Source of the DNA: a candidate division WOR-3 bacterium
GTDB lineage: Bacteria > Hydrothermota > Tepidihabitantia > Tepidihabitantales > JAOUPE01
DNA length: 17,596 nt
Assembly: GCA_039801565.1 (NCBI GenBank)
Contig: JBDRUX010000049.1
Span: 1-17,596 of the forward strand
Direction: 5' to 3'
Both the position numbers and the translations under genes were made by a program. This document shows, in pieces, positions 16,224 through 17,596 of this stretch; the stretch's first letter is position 1; the number at the start of each line of letters is the position of its first letter. The notes under the pieces were generated by a model. It was not told the DNA's origin. It ran no database searches and was given only the letters and a program-made list of their open reading frames with translations.

Positions 16224-16251
16224 ATTTTACAACAGGCTTTTTAATTGTCAA
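16224..16251 (-). promoter_or_regulatory. Near-consensus sigma70 promoter upstream of DUF3160-fabD-plsC
   Basis: TTGACA (16251-16246), 16 bp, TAAAAT (16229-16224); an ATG follows 5 nt later at 16218. Confidence 0.7.
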
Positions 16252-16262
16252 GCAACCAATTA

Positions 16263-17596
16263 GAGAACTCTGAAAAAGTGGGCTTTGAATTTGTGATGGT
16301 TTCGTCTATTATTCTCATACAGCGTGAGGTAGATTCGTTAGCCCGTTTTCCCATTATTTGTCTCGTGCCCTTACTCCAGTTTAACCCAAAAACCTTTTAT
16401 TAACCCACACCCCTTAGCATCGTCTTTAAATCAAGCGCTATCACCGCCATTATAGCCTGAATCAACATCTTGCCAAGCCCAATATACCGAGCTCGACTTA
16501 TAACCCCAACCACCGCTTTAACCACCTAATCACCCGCTCAATCACTCGGCGAATACCAATACCCTTCTTGTATTCTACATCCCGCAACCGCTTGGACTCC
16601 GATATATACACCCTCTTCCTTATCTCACCAGCCGAAATACAACCCCCATAATGCCCACATCCACCATAGTCCTTTGCCGAAAAATAATGAAGTTCCCCAC
16701 GTTCTTGATTAATCTTCCCAATCGAAACCTTACCACTAATATAACGCACCCGCCCACCTTCCAAGATAAATGTATCAATCTCACTACTACCCCGCCGCGC
16801 CGGAATATAAGCCTCTATCCCATTTACCGCTAAATAGTCCCGATTAAACTTCGTATCATATAACGCATCGCCACATACACCCTTAATCTGTCCCTTCGGC
16901 TCTTTCTCAATCATCTCGTTTAATCGACTTCCCTTATTCTTGTCTCCAGATAATACCTTAAGATTGGTTATAAATCGACTTTCATCATAAACCAAATGAA
17001 CCTTATAACCAAAAATTGGTAAACTCTTGCTCTTATAACCCCAAGCCGCATCAAAATCGACTAATCTGCCAATCGTTTTCCCATTATCAATAACTTGCTT
17101 CATAAGGTCTAAAATCTTTTCACTGCGCTTATCAACTTCGCCATTTAACTCTCTCATCAATTGTTTCACCCCCTTCTTTAACTCCAATAGCTTTACCCAC
17201 CGCTTTACCTTAATCAACTTTAAGGCATTAGCCTTTACTTTTTCGGATAGTGGTAGTGCCTTCTCTTTCACTCGCCTGAGCACCCGCTTTATCCCATCTT
17301 TAAGTAAATTAACCACATTTAAACCGCGCGAAAAAGAAACAACACAAGTCGCATCTAAAATCCTTAATTTCCCCTTACCATAGCCTAATCGCTTGACCTG
17401 TTCAATAAAATCAGTAAATACCGCTTTAAAACCATCTTCACCGAAACGCCTTCTAAACTTTACCAGCGTGGTATCGTCCTGGGCTAGCTCATCAATATCT
17501 AAACCGCAAAACCACTTGAAGAGAATATTACAGTTGACCGCCTGCGAGACTGCCACATCTGAGAGGTTATAAAGATATTCTAAAATTAGCATCTTT
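16263..17596 (-). mobile_element. IS1182/IS5-like insertion sequence, partial (other end outside the window)
   Basis: Transposase plus a candidate terminal IR GAGAACTCTGAAAAAG at 16263-16278, resembling GAG...TGAAAAAG-type ends, next to an AATTA flank. The partner IR is not visible, so the boundary is inferred. Confidence 0.7.
16400..17596 (-). pseudogene. IS1182/IS5-family DDE transposase, 5' end off-window, C-terminal frameshift
   Basis: DUF772-like L.YLY.LSD........N.....FCGL......D.TTL..FR.R, then LDAT, GYKVH, GD..YD and R..IER motifs. An apparent 2-nt TA insertion at about 16499-16500 creates TAA. The missing tail SRARYIGLGKMLIQAIMAVIALDLKTMLRGVG* is in another frame (16498-16400). Confidence 0.85.

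Noticed and set aside
655..16833. Short ORF-track entries overlapping larger genes (655-870, 3034-3393, 4387-4623, 4997-5182, 5606-5971, 6789-6974, 8086-8328, 9866-10078, 10264-10497, 10783-10971, 13517-13720, 15359-15634, 16651-16833)
   Set aside because: Antisense or off-frame shadows of well-supported genes or pseudogenes, with no motifs of their own.

Overview
AT-rich bacterial chromosome segment from a diderm (LptD-like gene, a secreted M14 peptidase with a YPNP-type C-terminal domain). An FCB-related lineage such as candidate division WOR-3 is a guess, not shown by the sequence. Left to right: the 5' end of a GH57 amylase/4-alpha-glucanotransferase (minus strand, missed by the ORF track); a complete IS1634-family element (491-2533) with 13-bp terminal inverted repeats and a 7-bp target duplication, TTGACAG, that contains the -35 box of the downstream promoter; a plus-strand run of M23 peptidase, CapA-family metallophosphoesterase, LptD-like protein, Maf, M14 carboxypeptidase and cyclophilin; a decayed accessory patch (about 10.5-12.4 kb) holding an XRE-HTH pseudogene, a GC-rich array of 17 x 12-bp quasi-palindromic repeats and an AmmeMemoRadiSam radical SAM pseudogene; a minus-strand DUF3160-fabD-plsC unit; and a frameshifted IS1182/IS5-like element running off the right edge. 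Most transcription units have a (C)TTGAC-16 bp-TAnnnT promoter 5-11 nt before the start codon, suggesting leaderless or near-leaderless mRNAs. The main leads are the IS sitting on a TTGACA box and the HTH-associated 12-bp array. No tRNA, rRNA or CRISPR array was seen.
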